This document shows positions 48,086-49,093 of a DNA stretch of 49,093 nucleotides, piece after piece. Source of the DNA: Dehalococcoidia bacterium. GTDB lineage: Bacteria; Chloroflexota; Dehalococcoidia; UBA2979. Position numbers and translations under genes: made by a program. The DNA lies in contig CAVODE010000003.1 in NCBI GenBank assembly GCA_963694535.1, forward strand, positions 1 to 49,093, in the 5' to 3' direction. Under the pieces are notes generated by a model, which saw only the letters and a program-made list of their open reading frames with translations, did not search any database and was not told the DNA's origin. Numbering within the stretch: the stretch's first letter is position 1; the number at the start of each line of letters is the position of its first letter.

Positions 48086-49093
48086 TTATTCAAATGCGTT
48101 GTCAGGCCTATCTAAGCCATAATGGTCACGTAACGTATTACCTCGGTATTCGGTTCTGAAGATTCCTTTTTTTTGTAATAGTGGAACCACCTCGTCGATA
48201 AAAACGTCCAACATTTTAGGTAACACGGGTGGCATAAGATTAATACCATCAGCTACACCATCGGTGAACCAATCTTCAATAAGATTCGCGATATGTTCGG
48301 GGGTCCCTGAAACAACGTAATGGCCACGTGCACCCGCTAACTTTGACAGTAACTGCCGCATTGTAGGCCTTTCATTACGGACTACTCCGAGAATCACCTC
48401 AGTACGACTCCGCGCAGCCTCTACAGTGGAGGGGTCCGGAAAGTCGTCTGGCGAAAGCGGTGTATCAAGTGGAAGGTGAGAGAAGTCTGTGCCGCCGAAC
48501 CTAGCGGAGAGACTAATTAGGCCCTCTTGGGGATCAGCTAGGTCATTTAGGTCAGCCCTGAACTGCTGTGCTTCGGCATCAGTTGAGGCAATTACCGGAC
48601 TCAGACCCGGTAATATCAAACATTGATTTTCGTTACGACCTTCTGCCTTCACGAGTGATTTTAGATCACCATAAAATGCCTTCGCTGATGACTTTTCCAT
48701 ATGCGCCGTGAATACTGCTTCAGCATGTTGAGCAGCGAATTTACGACCTGTGTCGGAGGAACCGGCTTGTACGAGTACTGGCCAACCCTGTGGCCCGCGA
48801 GGCACATTAAGTGGGCCGGCGACGTTGTAAAAATGTCCCTCGTGCCCGCCCTCGCGAACACTATTGTCCTTTAAATATTTTCCATTTTCTCGGTCATCGA
48901 TAATCGCATCGTCCGACCAGCTGTCCCATAAACTCCTAGTTACCGCCATAAATTCATCAGCGCGAGCATATCGTTCGGCGTGGCTAATCTGACTTGCATA
49001 ACCATAATTTCGTGCAGCTGGCGCAGACCAGGACGTGACGATATTCCAGCCGATTCGACCATTACTAATATGATCGAGTGATGCAAACTGTCT
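48086..49093 (-). CDS. NtaA/DmoA/SnaA-family LLM flavin-dependent monooxygenase, 5'-truncated by window edge
   Basis: Frame is open to the window end: RQFASLDHISNGRIGWNIVTS...ERYARADEF...LWDSW, QAGSS and FRTEYRGNTLRDH. Confidence 0.93.
   Translation of the reverse strand, partial: RQFASLDHISNGRIGWNIVTSWSAPAARNYGYASQISHAERYARADEFMAVTRSLWDSWSDDAIIDDRENGKYLKDNSVREGGHEGHFYNVAGPLNVPRGPQGWPVLVQAGSSDTGRKFAAQHAEAVFTAHMEKSSAKAFYGDLKSLVKAEGRNENQCLILPGLSPVIASTDAEAQQFRADLNDLADPQEGLISLSARFGGTDFSHLPLDTPLSPDDFPDPSTVEAARSRTEVILGVVRNERPTMRQLLSKLAGARGHYVVSGTPEHIANLIEDWFTDGVADGINLMPPVLPKMLDVFIDEVVPLLQKKGIFRTEYRGNTLRDHYGLDRPDNAFE

Noticed and set aside
1-49093. CRISPR array, transposase, integrase or defence system
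   Set aside because: No regularly spaced repeats and no recognisable DDE, tyrosine/serine recombinase, Cas or restriction motifs were seen. Unknown ORFs cannot be fully excluded without profile searches.

Overview
This 49-kb window is mostly chromosomal catabolic and housekeeping DNA (background about 40-48% GC in sampled lines). The gene mix includes three luciferase-like monooxygenases, a Ddn-type F420 reductase, four family III CoA-transferases, three SDRs, a DMFase large subunit and class II RNR. That mix suggests a marine Chloroflexota (SAR202-like) genome, which is an inference. Core landmarks are groES-groEL with a CIRCE box, tRNA-Lys(UUU), yaaA, nrdJ, pepP and etfBA. Several signals are missed by the ORF track. 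(1) A probable selenoprotein peroxiredoxin-like gene at 41678-42157 (minus) has an in-frame UGA in RGHW-U-PFC followed by a SECIS-like hairpin. (2) A GC-rich hydratase gene plus two gene fragments sit between two diverged copies of an ~80-bp element resembling integrase arm-type ends (780-2260). (3) An orphan three-hairpin, terminator-ended candidate sRNA precedes an unannotated 53-aa membrane peptide (42685-43024). (4) nrdJ has a long structured leader. (5) A ~15-kb acyl-CoA locus has two CoA-transferase pairs (one subunit lacks the catalytic Asp), a single-chain carboxylase and ETF but no acyl-CoA dehydrogenase. No CRISPR array, rRNA or intact mobile element was seen.
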